From Wallemia ichthyophaga EXF-994 (Eukaryota; Fungi; Basidiomycota): a stretch of 124,000 nt of DNA. Location: contig NW_008806281.1 of the NCBI RefSeq assembly GCF_000400465.1, forward strand, positions 144,001 to 268,000, read 5' to 3'. Every line of letters begins with the position of its first letter. The stretch's first letter is position 1. Shown here one piece after another: positions 10,773-21,400 of the stretch. The notes under the pieces were generated by a model. That model was not told the DNA's origin. It was given only the letters and a program-made list of their open reading frames with translations, and ran no database searches. A program made the position numbers and the translations under genes.

Positions 10773-11312
10773 ACAAGTTCAAGTGACGTGAGCCATTCAA
10801 CATGAAAGATACAAGAAGGAATTTATTTAATTCCCTAAAACACCCTTTTAACCTCAATAAACATTTCCTTGCAAATCTACGTGGGTTGCTGTGAGCCTGT
10901 GTATTCTGCCCGCCGTCTCACCCACCTTACACCTCCCGCCAGTACCTTGCCTCCTCGCGTCTGTTTTGCAACTCAGCCAATTGATGATTGGCTTCCGATC
11001 TTTCTTTTTAGTGGCTGAGATTGGAGTGGTGGTGGGTGTTGTGTGTGGTTGTTGCTGTTGCTGTTGTTGTTGCTGCTCTCTCTCCTCAGAAGATCTCATG
11101 ACTGTGAGCTGCAAACAAGTTCAAGTGACGTGAGCCATTCAACATGAAAGATACAAGAAGGAATTTATTTAATTCCCTAAAACACCCTTTTAACCTCAAT
11201 AAACATTTCCTTGCAAATCTACGTGGGTTGCTGTGAGCCTGTGTATTCTGCCCGCCGTCTCACCCACCTTACACCTCCCGCCAGTACCTTGCTTCATCGC
11301 GTCTGTTTTGCA
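10629..11312. repeat. Direct tandem duplication, 342-bp unit (10629-10970; 10971-11312)
   Basis: The two units are identical except at 10951/11293 and 10954/11296. Confidence 0.95.
10835..11114 (-). CDS. Chimeric ORF: polyQ-protein N-terminus fused to RING C-terminal half
   Basis: MQLTV...PIINWLS|CKTDARRQGTGGRCK-(intron)-ICKEMFIEVKRVF*. The fusion is in frame at the duplication junction 10970/10971. Confidence 0.55.
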
Positions 11313-11477
11313 CAGGTAAGCGTGATTACAAGGTACACAACTATATTCCACTGGTTTCGTTTTGCAGATGAGGCATATAATTGGTGTGTTTGGAGTGTTT
11401 GGAGTACCTGGAGTATCTATAGTACCCTGAGTACCTCGAATATCGTTAATATTACTCGTTTTACTCGTATTGCTCAT
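11177..11477 (-). CDS. Small C3HC4-type RING finger protein
   Basis: After removing intron 11219-11267: CLICKTKPVEYSCVPCNHAYLCKTDAMKQGTGGRCKICKEMFIEVKRVF*. Confidence 0.8.
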
Positions 11478-11510
11478 CGCTGTTTCTAATCTTGAACAAG
11501 AACCACCATC

Positions 11511-12112
11511 ATGACCTCAATAAACAACGCCATCCACTCAATCAAATCCCCGCTTTTAAAATCATTCCTTCTCTCTGAATCTAATTTCTGGTTTGTGGCA
11601 CAGAAATCCCAGCATCTCCTGCCGCCATCAACGACCCTCGAACAAGCGCAATCTGATCCTCGCGCTTTGAGACCTTCGCCGTTTCAATTCAGAAAGTCCA
11701 AGCTCACCGGTAAATGGCAGCCCCCGCGTTACTCGAGGAGACAGCAGGCTGACCTCATCAAGGCTGCCAGAGCTGAAGGCGTGATGCACCTACTTCCAAC
11801 TTCAGTCAAGGACGCTGTCACCGATGCTGTTTCCGTTGAGAAACCCTTTAATTGGCAGGAGAAGGCCATGTTTGATGTCCTCCCAAGGGCTCCTAGAGCC
11901 GTTGCAGAGAAGAAGTTTAAGGGTAGTCTCTGGCACAGGAAGCAGCCAGCCAGACAAGCAGCAATCCATGAAAATCTACAGAACATGTCCCAAAAGATCG
12001 ATTTCTGGAACAAGGTGCGCTGTTCTCTCTCTTTGTTCTGTCTTCTTGCTTACTCTCTACAAAGGAAAAGGAACAGCGCAAACAGAAACACACTCCGCCA
12101 CTACCTTTCTAG
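11511..12112 (+). CDS. MRPL25: Mitochondrial ribosomal protein mL59
   Basis: GKWQPPRYSRRQQADLIKAA and KFKG..W.R.....R...I.E.L..M..KI..W motifs. Intron 12015-12064, then EKEQRKQKHTPPLPF*. The ORF track fuses it with THR1. Confidence 0.85.
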
Positions 12113-12209
12113 ATTCATTTGTTTCACACTTTATACATTACTCTTTATCGCATTCGTTTTCTTTCCCTCCTTGCCCTCTTCTTGCTCCTCTCCTTACTCT
12201 CCATTCTCC

Positions 12210-13280
12210 ATGGCTAGACGTTTCACTGTAAAAGTTCCAGCGACTTCTGCAAATCTAGCGTGTGGCTTTGATTGCCTGGGTGCCAGTTGGGAGGGTATTG
12301 ATTTACGTCTGAGCGTCTCTCACCAACCCTACCCCGCAACGAAACACACAACGCCTACAATCACCTACACAGGCGAGGGAGCTGGCGAGGTACCTCTGGA
12401 TCCATACAAGAATCTAACGACGCGCGTGTGCATATATGTGTTAAGATGCCACGACATAGGAGAATTCCCCGACGAGTTGGACATAAAAGTGCACAACGAA
12501 ATCCCCTTTGGACGCGGTCTGGGCAGTTCCGGTGCTGCGGTGGTAGCTGGGGTCTTATTAGCGGATGCGCTGGCTGATTTGCGTATGACGCCGTCGCGCC
12601 AGCTCGATTTCGCGCTAATGGTTGAGCGTCACCCCGACAACGTAGCTGCAGCGTTGATCGGCGGGTTCGTAGGGAGCTACCTGAAAACGTTACCAGCGGG
12701 GGCGCTCGACCCATCCAGCGTGCCCATGAGCGAGGTGCTACCCGAATACCCGCGCGACGCCAGCAAGGACTGGGGAAGCAAGCCTCCCGTCCCCCCGCAC
12801 GAGATCGGCCACTGGCTTCGTTATGGCTGGGCAGAGCAGATCAAGGCGCTTGTAGTCATCCCTCAATTTGAATTATCTACCGCCAAGGCTAGGGGGTGTC
12901 TACCGGAACTGTATGAGAGGGGAGATGTCGTTTTCAATTTACAGCGCCTCGCTGTACTTACTACAGCTCTCTCCATTAATCCACCGGACCCACATCTTAT
13001 TTGGGAAGCTATGCAGGACCGTCTCCACCAGCCGTACCGCGCTGAGTTGATACCAGGTCTACCGGAAATCACTAGATCTCTCACACCTTCAACCCACCCA
13101 GGTCTGCTTGGAATCTGCCTCTCAGGCGCTGGTCCAACTATACTCGCCCTGCACACACATAACGATGACGCCATTGCGCAGGGCATCTGCAGCATCTTTG
13201 CAAAGAACGGCGTGCAGTGCAGACTCGAAGTGAAGGGGATATCGCTTACGGGTTCTACGGTGAATTGGGAGTTAAAATAA
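12210..13280 (+). CDS. THR1: Homoserine kinase (GHMP family)
   Basis: VKVPATSANLACGFD, IPFGRGLGSSGAA, ERHPDN, LSGAGPT. Confidence 0.95.
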   Translation: MARRFTVKVPATSANLACGFDCLGASWEGIDLRLSVSHQPYPATKHTTPTITYTGEGAGEVPLDPYKNLTTRVCIYVLRCHDIGEFPDELDIKVHNEIPFGRGLGSSGAAVVAGVLLADALADLRMTPSRQLDFALMVERHPDNVAAALIGGFVGSYLKTLPAGALDPSSVPMSEVLPEYPRDASKDWGSKPPVPPHEIGHWLRYGWAEQIKALVVIPQFELSTAKARGCLPELYERGDVVFNLQRLAVLTTALSINPPDPHLIWEAMQDRLHQPYRAELIPGLPEITRSLTPSTHPGLLGICLSGAGPTILALHTHNDDAIAQGICSIFAKNGVQCRLEVKGISLTGSTVNWELK

Positions 13281-13338
13281 TGCATTTCCTGTGTTTTATA
13301 TGTTTTATATCCTTTCTGCCTTTGTCTCTCGTACGACC

Positions 13339-14046
13339 ATGTCGAACACGGCCATCACATACACACAATACCACGACGAGCGGCAGCTTGCGAGTATCAT
13401 GGATCTCATCGACACGGAGCTCTCAGAGCCCTACATCAACATGACTTACCGGTATTTCGTGCATACGTGGTGCGTGGTGTGTGGGTGAGGGTGAAGCCAA
13501 GGCAGCTAACAGCGCGCGCGTGCGCACTACAGGCCACAGCTGACGTTTTTGGTGGGTGTGTTGGTTGAAAACATTGCAATTTGCTTATTCATTGTTTCTT
13601 TCATTGCTTGCTCAGGCTCATGACCACACCACGGCGCAATCTCAATCTCAATCACTTGCACAGAACTCCGCTCTCGCTGTTGGCGTCGTCGTATGTAAGC
13701 AGGAGAGACACAAGTCGGGGCTGATGCGCGGTTATATCGCTATGCTCTCAGTGCGTACGGATTATCGTAAACGCGGTATAGCCACGAAGCTCGTGAGGAT
13801 GGCGATAGACGCCATGATTAGCGGCGGTGCTGAGGAGGTGCGTGTGGAGCATGGATTGTAAAGTATAAGCAATCTAACACACGGCAGATTGTGCTCGAAA
13901 CTGAAGTGGATAATTCCACATCTATTGCATTTTACAAGAGACTTGGCTTTATGGCAGAGAAACGCCTTTATCGGTTCTACATGAACGGAAAAGACGCTTT
14001 TAGGCTTTGTTTACCGGTGGTGGAAGGGGAGGATAAGTATGGATAG
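13339..14046 (+). CDS. MAK3: NatC catalytic N-acetyltransferase
   Basis: Exons LIDTELSEPY...YRYFVHTW|PQLTFL|...RGYIAMLSV...YRKRGIATKLV...GAEE|IVLETEVDN...FY.RLGF..EKRLYRFYMNGKDAFRL. Confidence 0.9.
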
Positions 14047-14049
14047 CCT

Positions 14050-14165
14050 GTGGCTTGTGGCTTGTGGCTTGTGGTATTTAGCATTTAGCAATTAGCAATT
14101 AGCATTTAGTAATCCATAGTCATCATTAGCATTAGAAATAGCCTCAGCCTCAGCCTCAGCATTGA
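14050..14165. repeat. Microsatellite cluster (TGTGGCT)n, (ATTAGCA)n, (CAGCCT)n between convergent genes
   Basis: Directly visible short tandem arrays in the shared 3' region of MAK3 and MED4. Confidence 0.8.
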
Positions 14166-14167
14166 AA

Positions 14168-14839
14168 TCAATCCAGCAAATCAAACTCAACATCCCCATC
14201 ACCGTCAAATGCTTGCATGTGTTGCTGCTCTTGTGCAGTGCTGTTGATTGGATGGTGGACCACTTTCTCAGCCTCCACCTCGCGACTCTCTCCCATTTCA
14301 AGCGTGAGCGTGTGTTCCTCGCCCTGAGCAAATAGGATACCACGACGCATGTTTGATTCGGTGGGGAAAGGCATATTGAATGGCTGCTGAGGGGCGTGGC
14401 TGTCGTTGGTGGTGAGAGACGGTGGAGCGTGGGTGAAAGCAGCCAACTTTTGAGCGTATTCGAGGAGAGTTTCGTGAGGTATTTTACTCTCCTCAGCCGC
14501 TCTCATCTGGGCCTTGTCTTTGTCACTGTCTTGTACAATTCTGCCCAAATCATTCTGTGATTGTTTGAGTGTGTGTAGTGAGTGCTGGATTGATTCTTCC
14601 AACTCGATGATATCCGTTTCCAGAGCAGCAATAATACCCTGTCGCAGCTGGTGCCCGCGCAGCTCCTCCAAATGCACCGACAGTGCGCTGTCCAGTTGTG
14701 AGAGCTGTGCCAACGCCCCCACACTAACTCTTCCGGGCTTCACTGGCTGGCTGGACAGACTGGCGAATAGAGCAGCGCTTATTCTGTCGATATCATTCAG
14801 CGTTTTTATTGCTTCTTGGTTCCCAACGCCCATCATCAT
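14168..14839 (-). CDS. MED4: Mediator subunit 4
   Basis: Coiled coil followed by LLEYAQKLAAFTHAPP...PFPTESNMRRGIL, the Med4 signature. Start at MMMGVG. Confidence 0.85.
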   Translation of the reverse strand: MMMGVGNQEAIKTLNDIDRISAALFASLSSQPVKPGRVSVGALAQLSQLDSALSVHLEELRGHQLRQGIIAALETDIIELEESIQHSLHTLKQSQNDLGRIVQDSDKDKAQMRAAEESKIPHETLLEYAQKLAAFTHAPPSLTTNDSHAPQQPFNMPFPTESNMRRGILFAQGEEHTLTLEMGESREVEAEKVVHHPINSTAQEQQHMQAFDGDGDVEFDLLD

Positions 14840-16628
14840 GGACTTACTAGAGCAACCCGCACGGGTGAAGAATTCTTTCATCAAGACTGACGGTCTCCGT
14901 GCGTGGTATGACGAGAACGGCAATCCAGTTGAGCCGTTCATCATCGGCATAGCCGGGGGCAGTTCGAGCGGCAAGACGTACGTAGCGGGGTGAGTGTGGT
15001 GTCGCTATCACCGCTTCTGCCATACTCAACCAGCTTAGTGAAATCATAAAGCGTCTGCACAACGTACAATCCATAGCCATCATCTCCCAGGACAGTTTCT
15101 ACGGCGAGCGAACACCCGCTGAAATAGACTTGGCGTACAAGAACATGTACGATTTCGACTCACCCCAAGCTATCGATATGGAGCTATTCACTAACGTACT
15201 CAACGATATTAAGAAATGCAGGGCTGTCCAACTCCCAAACTACTCATTCAACACGCACTCCCGTCTCCCCCAATCCACCTACTTGTACGGTGCACGCGTC
15301 GTTATCGTTGAGGGGATCCTCGTTCTCACTGATCCCGCCTTGCGCGACTTTTTCGACATGAAGGTCTTCGTGCAATGCGACAGTGATGTCATGCTCGCGC
15401 GGCGCATCAAGCGCGATGTCGTCGAGAGGTGAGTGGGGGTGTGTAGCGTGTAGCGCGACCGACAGCTCACACCACCCAGATCGCGCGATGTCGACGGTGT
15501 GCTCAGCCAGTACCTCAAATGGGTCAAGCCGTCTTTTGTGAGTGTATACTGCCCACCTCACACCAACACTCTCTAACAACTACACAGGAAAATTTCGTGC
15601 TTCCCTCCTCCCGTCATGCTGATATCATAGTGCCTGGCGCAGCCAACAGTGTAGCGGTGGATCTGATAGTGACGCATCTCAAAACGCAGCTCACACAGCG
15701 CTCCCGATTCCTTCGCAAAACACTCTCCACCACTTCACCCCGCTGCTCCGACTTACCGCCTAACGTGCGCGTGATAGCGAGCACCCCGACACGTAACGCC
15801 CTCCTCACACTCCTCCGCGATCCTTGCACACCCCGCACGCAATTTGTCGATGCCGTCGACCGCCTAGCTGCAATGGTGGCTGGAGAGGTTTTGGCCTATC
15901 TCCCGCACGAGAAATGTGTGGTAGACACGCCCTTAGCGGTGAGTGAGGGGGTGCGAATGAATCTGAGTGAGGGTAGGCATCCTGATGCTAATGTTGATGC
16001 CAATGTTGATGCTAATGTTTCAACACCCGGCAATCTCTGCGCAGTGGCCATCCAGCGCTCCGGCTCACTCTTCAATCACGGCCTGCGGCGTATTTTCCCC
16101 GATGTAGAACTGGGCTCAATGTTGATCCAGCACGATACTGAACACGGTGAGCCGGCACTGTACCACCACAATCTGCCGCGTGCAGTGAAGCAGGCTGAGA
16201 CAGCGCGACACACTTGGGTGCTGCTGTCTGACTCCCAATGCGGCACTGGCGCTGCGGCTTACATGGCCATTCGGGTGTTGCTGGACCACGGCGTCCTCCA
16301 ACATCATATCATCTTCCTTACTTTCCTCGTCGCGAAACGCGGCGGCGTGCACGCTATTCATAGAGCCTTTCCCGGTATTCAAATCCTTACGGCCGCCGCT
16401 GACCCCGTGTTGCGCGAAGTCGAGGTGCCTATTAGCGGTAATGGTAGCGGGAAAGCTAACACATTCAACGAGGAGAATGACGCGCAGGAGAATGTGCAAA
16501 CTCACACTCACACACCCACTCACAGGCGCAAAAGCGTCGTTAGCTTGGAGGTCCCCGAACGCAAAAAGTACTGGCAGATCGTACCAGGGATGGGCAATGT
16601 GGGCGATAGGTATTATGGGACGGTGTGA
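14838..16628 (+). CDS. URK1: Uridine kinase with C-terminal UPRTase-like domain (multi-exon)
   Basis: RAWY...PFIIGIAGGSSSGKT, YDFDSPQAIDM, VIVEGILVL, MKVFVQCDSDVMLARRIKRD, ADIIVPG, VPGMGNVGDRYYG. Confidence 0.92.
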
Positions 16629-16714
16629 GTGGGGTAAAGTGCAAAGTGGAAAGTAATGCAATGGATAGATATACAGATAATACATACATAGACAGATACA
16701 TACAGACACTACCG

Positions 16715-17893
16715 TCACGCATTCAAATGGTACACTTGCACACCCCCTTCACCACCCCGGACACTGTCGAAGCAAGTGGGGCACCAGAAAGAGACGAGTG
16801 CAGCACCCACTTTATCCTTGTAAGTGGTGAAATGTGCCTGTTTCTTATTGCAGATGTCGCACAAGTGTTTTGTGTGTGTTGGTGCTGCGCGTATGTACTT
16901 GTAACGCGGGACAACTTCCTTGGTGGCTTTCAACCTGACACTGGTAACTTGCAGGGTATGCTCACAGTTTCCGTTGTGGATGTATATACCTACGCCGCCT
17001 GTGCGGAGAGGAAGGCTGCTGATGGGGGTGTCTGTGGTGTTGTTTGTGGTTTTGGTGTTGGCGTTGCTATTGGTATCGGTATTGGTAATACTACTACTAC
17101 TACTACTACTAGTACTATCACTAGAATTACCACTACGATTGCTAACGCCACCAGCACTCCCAAAGACCTCCTCATACGCTGTAATACACCCTGCGCGCCC
17201 ATCCAAGTAAGCCACGCCGTCAAAGAGGATACATCCTGCTGGAGTGATGTTGGAGCAACAGCGAGCGCGTATGCGATCGATGACATGATTGAGAGGGGCG
17301 GCAGAAGGCAGGGCGAGTGAGCACAGTTTGTTTGTGTCTGGAGCGGGAGCGCCCACAAGCACATCCACAACCGCACACCGATAGTCCCAACCGCGCCCGC
17401 GTGCATTAATATCCGTGTTATCCGCCCCTTTCCCATCCACATCGGCGGCGGAAGCGGGGCGGATGTGGTGTGCGAGTGTGCGCGTATCGCAACCCTTCTG
17501 GATGTGGTCCAGACACCGTTGTGGGGGTGCGGTTATGATTGAGGGGAGGACGTTTAGCGCGTCTGCAGCTGCACCTTGATCTGTATCTGCATCGTTCCTG
17601 CGCCCACGCCTCCGCCTCAACGCGTATCTCTCGTTGTGGGTCTGGAGTGCGTGCACGAATCGCTTATCGCACAGCAGCCGTTCGTCGTCAGCGGTGATAG
17701 TGGCTGTGGAGCGCGTGAGGGAGTGTATGAGGGAGTGCGTTTGTGTGTTGGTGGTGTCCTCGTCGCCCTCGCCCTCGCCCTCGCCTTGGTTACTCTTACT
17801 CTCTTCCAGCCTTCTACAGCGATCTAGAAACGCCTGTAGATTGATAAGCGGGGAATTGCCACCGAAGCTGTTTGCCATTTCATTTGAATTCAT
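16715..17893 (-). CDS. SNAPC3: snRNA-activating protein complex subunit 3 (SNAP50-like)
   Basis: ILFDGVAYLDGR, YIHNGNCEH...V..VRL and C..C...A.F....D.......FWC..CF match the zf-SNAP50_C domain. Confidence 0.75.
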   Translation of the reverse strand: MNSNEMANSFGGNSPLINLQAFLDRCRRLEESKSNQGEGEGEGDEDTTNTQTHSLIHSLTRSTATITADDERLLCDKRFVHALQTHNERYALRRRRGRRNDADTDQGAAADALNVLPSIITAPPQRCLDHIQKGCDTRTLAHHIRPASAADVDGKGADNTDINARGRGWDYRCAVVDVLVGAPAPDTNKLCSLALPSAAPLNHVIDRIRARCCSNITPAGCILFDGVAYLDGRAGCITAYEEVFGSAGGVSNRSGNSSDSTSSSSSSSITNTDTNSNANTKTTNNTTDTPISSLPLRTGGVGIYIHNGNCEHTLQVTSVRLKATKEVVPRYKYIRAAPTHTKHLCDICNKKQAHFTTYKDKVGAALVSFWCPTCFDSVRGGEGGVQVYHLNA

Positions 17894-17925
17894 TATTTGA
17901 TTGTCGCCGTTGTTGGCTTCAAACT

Positions 17926-18524
17926 ATGACGTGGGTGTGTGCTGAAACGAGAAGACATGGACTGAAAAGGCAAACAGCGGGCAATTGAGATATGATTACT
18001 TCCAAACGAATGGGAGTTTAGAGGTTAGCGTATTTGCCAAAGGAGTGAGTCAGGATGGCTTAACAGTGGAGTTTAAGGAGAGAGAGCTGTTTGTAAACCT
18101 AAGTGACAACAGACAACTCCATCTAGCACCGCTATTATACCCTATTCAACCTTCAAAGTGCAGCTACACGTTAAAATCCATGAAAATTGAAATTGAGCTG
18201 GTTAAAGCGGTAGAAGGGGTCCATTGGAGTGGTTTAACACAGCCAGCAGACACACAGCCGCAACAACACCCTACAAATACAAAAGACTGGAATAAAATAG
18301 CTATAGAACAAGACAAAGAAGAAAAAGAAGATAAGAATCAAGACACAAACCCAGATGACTTTTTTAAGAAGCTTTTCGCCGGTGCAGACGACGACGTTCG
18401 CAAGGCAATGATGAAATCGTATCAGGAGAGTGGAGGTACGACGCTATCGACGAATTGGGATCAAGTGAAGAAGGGTGAGGTGAAGGGCACGCCGCCGGAA
18501 GGAATGGAGAGGAAGGACTACTAA
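17926..18524 (+). CDS. SGT1: Hsp90 co-chaperone Sgt1 (CS + SGS domains, no TPR)
   Basis: ATG AC|intron|C GGG CAA TTG AGA TAT GAT (MTGQLRYDYFQT); FFKKLFAGADDDVRKAMMKSYQESGGTTLSTNW. Confidence 0.9.
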
Positions 18525-18535
18525 TGTAGTAGCTC

Positions 18536-18895
18536 TCACTCCTTGCCATACTCATGCAACCACTCCTGCGTACTCCAAATTGGTTTATTGGATTCACCAG
18601 TCAGGTGTGCTGCTTTCAGTGGCTTTGCGTAGTTGCATTTGATAACGTTGTTTGAAAGAATATTTAAATCCATATTGTCAATCGCAGTAGCAGCAGCAAT
18701 CTTGTCATCAAACTCAATAAAGCCATATCCCCTATGGGGCAGCTTTGAGAACTTCTCCTGAGGCGCTGGGAGTTGTATATCGAGGATATTGCCGAAGGAG
18801 TGAAAAGAAGCGTGTAAATCATCCTTATTGAGGGATTGGCTGATGTTGTTTACCCATACCGTCCTCTGTGACTTGTCTTTGATTGAAGAAGACAT
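18536..18895 (-). CDS. RRM protein of the cyclophilin E (PPIE/Cyp33) type, lacking the PPIase domain
   Basis: F..FG.I.DIQLP...HRGYGFIEF.....A..AIDNM; NKPIW..EW. Confidence 0.8.
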   Translation of the reverse strand: MSSSIKDKSQRTVWVNNISQSLNKDDLHASFHSFGNILDIQLPAPQEKFSKLPHRGYGFIEFDDKIAAATAIDNMDLNILSNNVIKCNYAKPLKAAHLTGESNKPIWSTQEWLHEYGKE

Positions 18896-18937
18896 GATTG
18901 AGGCTAATCAACGTGTTCAAACGATTCGACGACGATA

Positions 18938-20130
18938 TGAATAGGATACATAGGCTACTAAAGCCAGTTAAGGTGGATTGGAATAACAAGCTCATTAATA
19001 TTCACTGGAATGACAACAAATCGTGTAACTTTCATAACTTATGGCTTAGAGACCACTCTAGGGACGCACACTCATTCCATCCAATCACAAAGCAGAGGTT
19101 GGTGGACACTTACGCCATTCCAGACTCAATACAGCCCATTGAAGTATCTCAATCAGACACCACGCTCTCTGTTCGTTGGAATGACAACTCAACGTGCAAG
19201 TACCCGTATCACTGGCTATATAATAATAGCTACTATCCCAAGCTTAGTGAGGTTAAGAGGGATATAAAACCAACCTGGAATGCCCAGCAGATACGCCAGA
19301 ACACTCCGACAACCCAGTACACCGACATTGTACACTCAGATAAAGGTATCTTAAACTGGCTCCAAAACATCCACACCCATGGAATTGGTTTTGTTGAAGG
19401 TGTACCATCCACTCCCGAACACACGGAACAGCTCACTCAACAAATCACTTTCATTCGCCAAACCCACTACGGAACTTTCTGGGACTTCACCTCCGACCTG
19501 AGCCACGGTGACACTGCATACACCGACATAGCACTCGGTGCACACACCGACACTACCTACTTCACTGACCCGATCGGTCTCCAATTATTCCACTTGCTAC
19601 AACCGGCGACAGTCCAAGGCGGTGATAGTCTCTTCATCGACGGCTTCCACTGCGCAAATATCCTCAAGCAGCTTGATCCACCCGCCTTCGACACACTCTC
19701 CACCACCCCTATCCCCTCTCACTCCGTTGGGAGCCAAGACGCCATCATTAAACCTGCACAGCAGTCTGGCTATCCTATAATCAACCTCGACAACATCACC
19801 GGCGAGCTACTCCAAATCCGCTACAACAATGACGACAGATCGGTGTTAAATGCGTTGTCTCCGAAACGCGTTGAGGATTTTTACAGGGCGTTAAAGATTT
19901 GGAATGGCATCCTCAACGACCCCCGCAATCAGTTCTGGCTCCCTCTTGAGAAAGGAAAGGTCGTCCTCTTCGATAATTGGAGAATCCTCCATGGTAGATC
20001 TGCCTTTAGCGGCAAGAGAAGATTATGTGGTGCGTATATCAACCATGACGACTATATGTCCAGACTGCGCACGCTTACTGAGAAACATTTCGATCATGAT
20101 TTAAGGAACGAGTACGGAACCCTGTTTTAG
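18938..20130 (+). CDS. Trimethyllysine dioxygenase (carnitine biosynthesis)
   Basis: WLRDH.R, THYGTFWDFT.DL.HGDTAYT, AHTDTTYFTDP.GLQLFH, DNWRILHGR..F.G.RRLCGAY. Start assumed at MNRIHR. Confidence 0.9.
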
Positions 20131-20602
20131 GCGGTGTGAGGTGTAAAAATTATGATTGAATACATATGTTTTGCTTGGTGTTGAGTGTGTTTTGATACTA
20201 TTTGCTAACCCCTTAACCACCGCCACCACCAACATCCCCCTCTATGACGTATTCACGTGACTTTATGCTAGGGTGACTGCATGAACCCAATTTACGCAGG
20301 CTAAATTTAAAAGCTAAGCTGCTTTTTTCGTGTTAGAGTGTTTACGCGTGTGCATATATGACTAGTATGCTCCGCACACATATCCAAGACAGTTACTGTG
20401 TTACTCAGCTAAAGTAAAACACTCAACCTGTTTAACACATGCCGAACGAGGCTAAAATGAACTTACTATGAATAAAAAATCAAATTTTATAAACCTAATT
20501 TTGTTATTTCGTCCCTTACCGAATATTTCATTTCTGCCGTGAAGTTTGAAGCTTAACCAAGCGGGAAGGTAGAAGATACGAGAAAAAGCTCCAGTAGACA
20601 AA

Positions 20603-21352
20603 ATGAACAATGCAGACAGTCTCCTACACCAATCCAAAGAGCCACGACAATATCGTCTGAACATCCTCCAGCAGCCCCGCGTAGCTAGGATGTCTTCCTT
20701 TAGCGAGAAGAGGCCGGTTGATCCACCTGCGATTATTCAGCTAGAGGTGTATGATAGCGCGGGTAGACTAGATGAGGAGTAAATTGTGATTTAGAATTAC
20801 AAGTATCTTTATTCACACCGTTTACAGCGCGCTAAGATCGCCGTTCTGGGTACTACACGTTCTTCTCGCAGACAACGACACACTCCCCAAACCCCAGTCA
20901 CAGATATTGCAAGGCTCATTAACATCCTCTGCACACTACTGCCGTCTATCCAACCACGACACTGATGGCTATGGATGTTTTTTCTATTTCAGGTACGTCA
21001 TCAGATTATATCTAATCTAATCTCATTGAGGCACTTAACGTACTCCCAGCGACCTCACTCTCACTATGGAAGGCGCTTATCGTCTCAAATTCCTTCTCAC
21101 AACCGTCTGCTCTCAGGATAATTCCCCACAGCCTGTGCTGAGCCATGTCGTCACTAACCCGTTCACCGTGTACACTGCTAAGAAGTTTCCTGGTATGGCG
21201 CGTAAGTTGGGTTGTTTATCTGGCTTTCTCCTTTTAATTACCACACAGCTTCTTCTCATCTCGCTAAATCACTCGCGGCGCAAGGTGTCAAAATACCCAT
21301 CAGAAATGAAGAGCGAAAACGAAATCAGAACAGAGAAGAAGAGCTTAATTGA
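20603..21352 (+). CDS. Velvet-domain transcription factor (1)
   Basis: Four-exon reconstruction: Y.L.ILQQP..ARM...EKRPVDPPAIIQL, L.GSL.SS, FYFSDL....EG.YRLKF.L, VVT.PF.VY.AKKFPGM..SS..SK.LA.QGVKIPIR. Confidence 0.88.
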
Positions 21353-21400
21353 TCAACCTTAGGTTAATAAACAACACCACATGCATCCGTATCACTAAAT

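Noticed and set aside
11511-13280. Single 589-aa fusion protein as given by the ORF track
   Set aside because: It resolves into MRPL25 (intron plus own stop at 12112) and THR1 (own ATG at 12210). Kept only as a low-interest read-through note.
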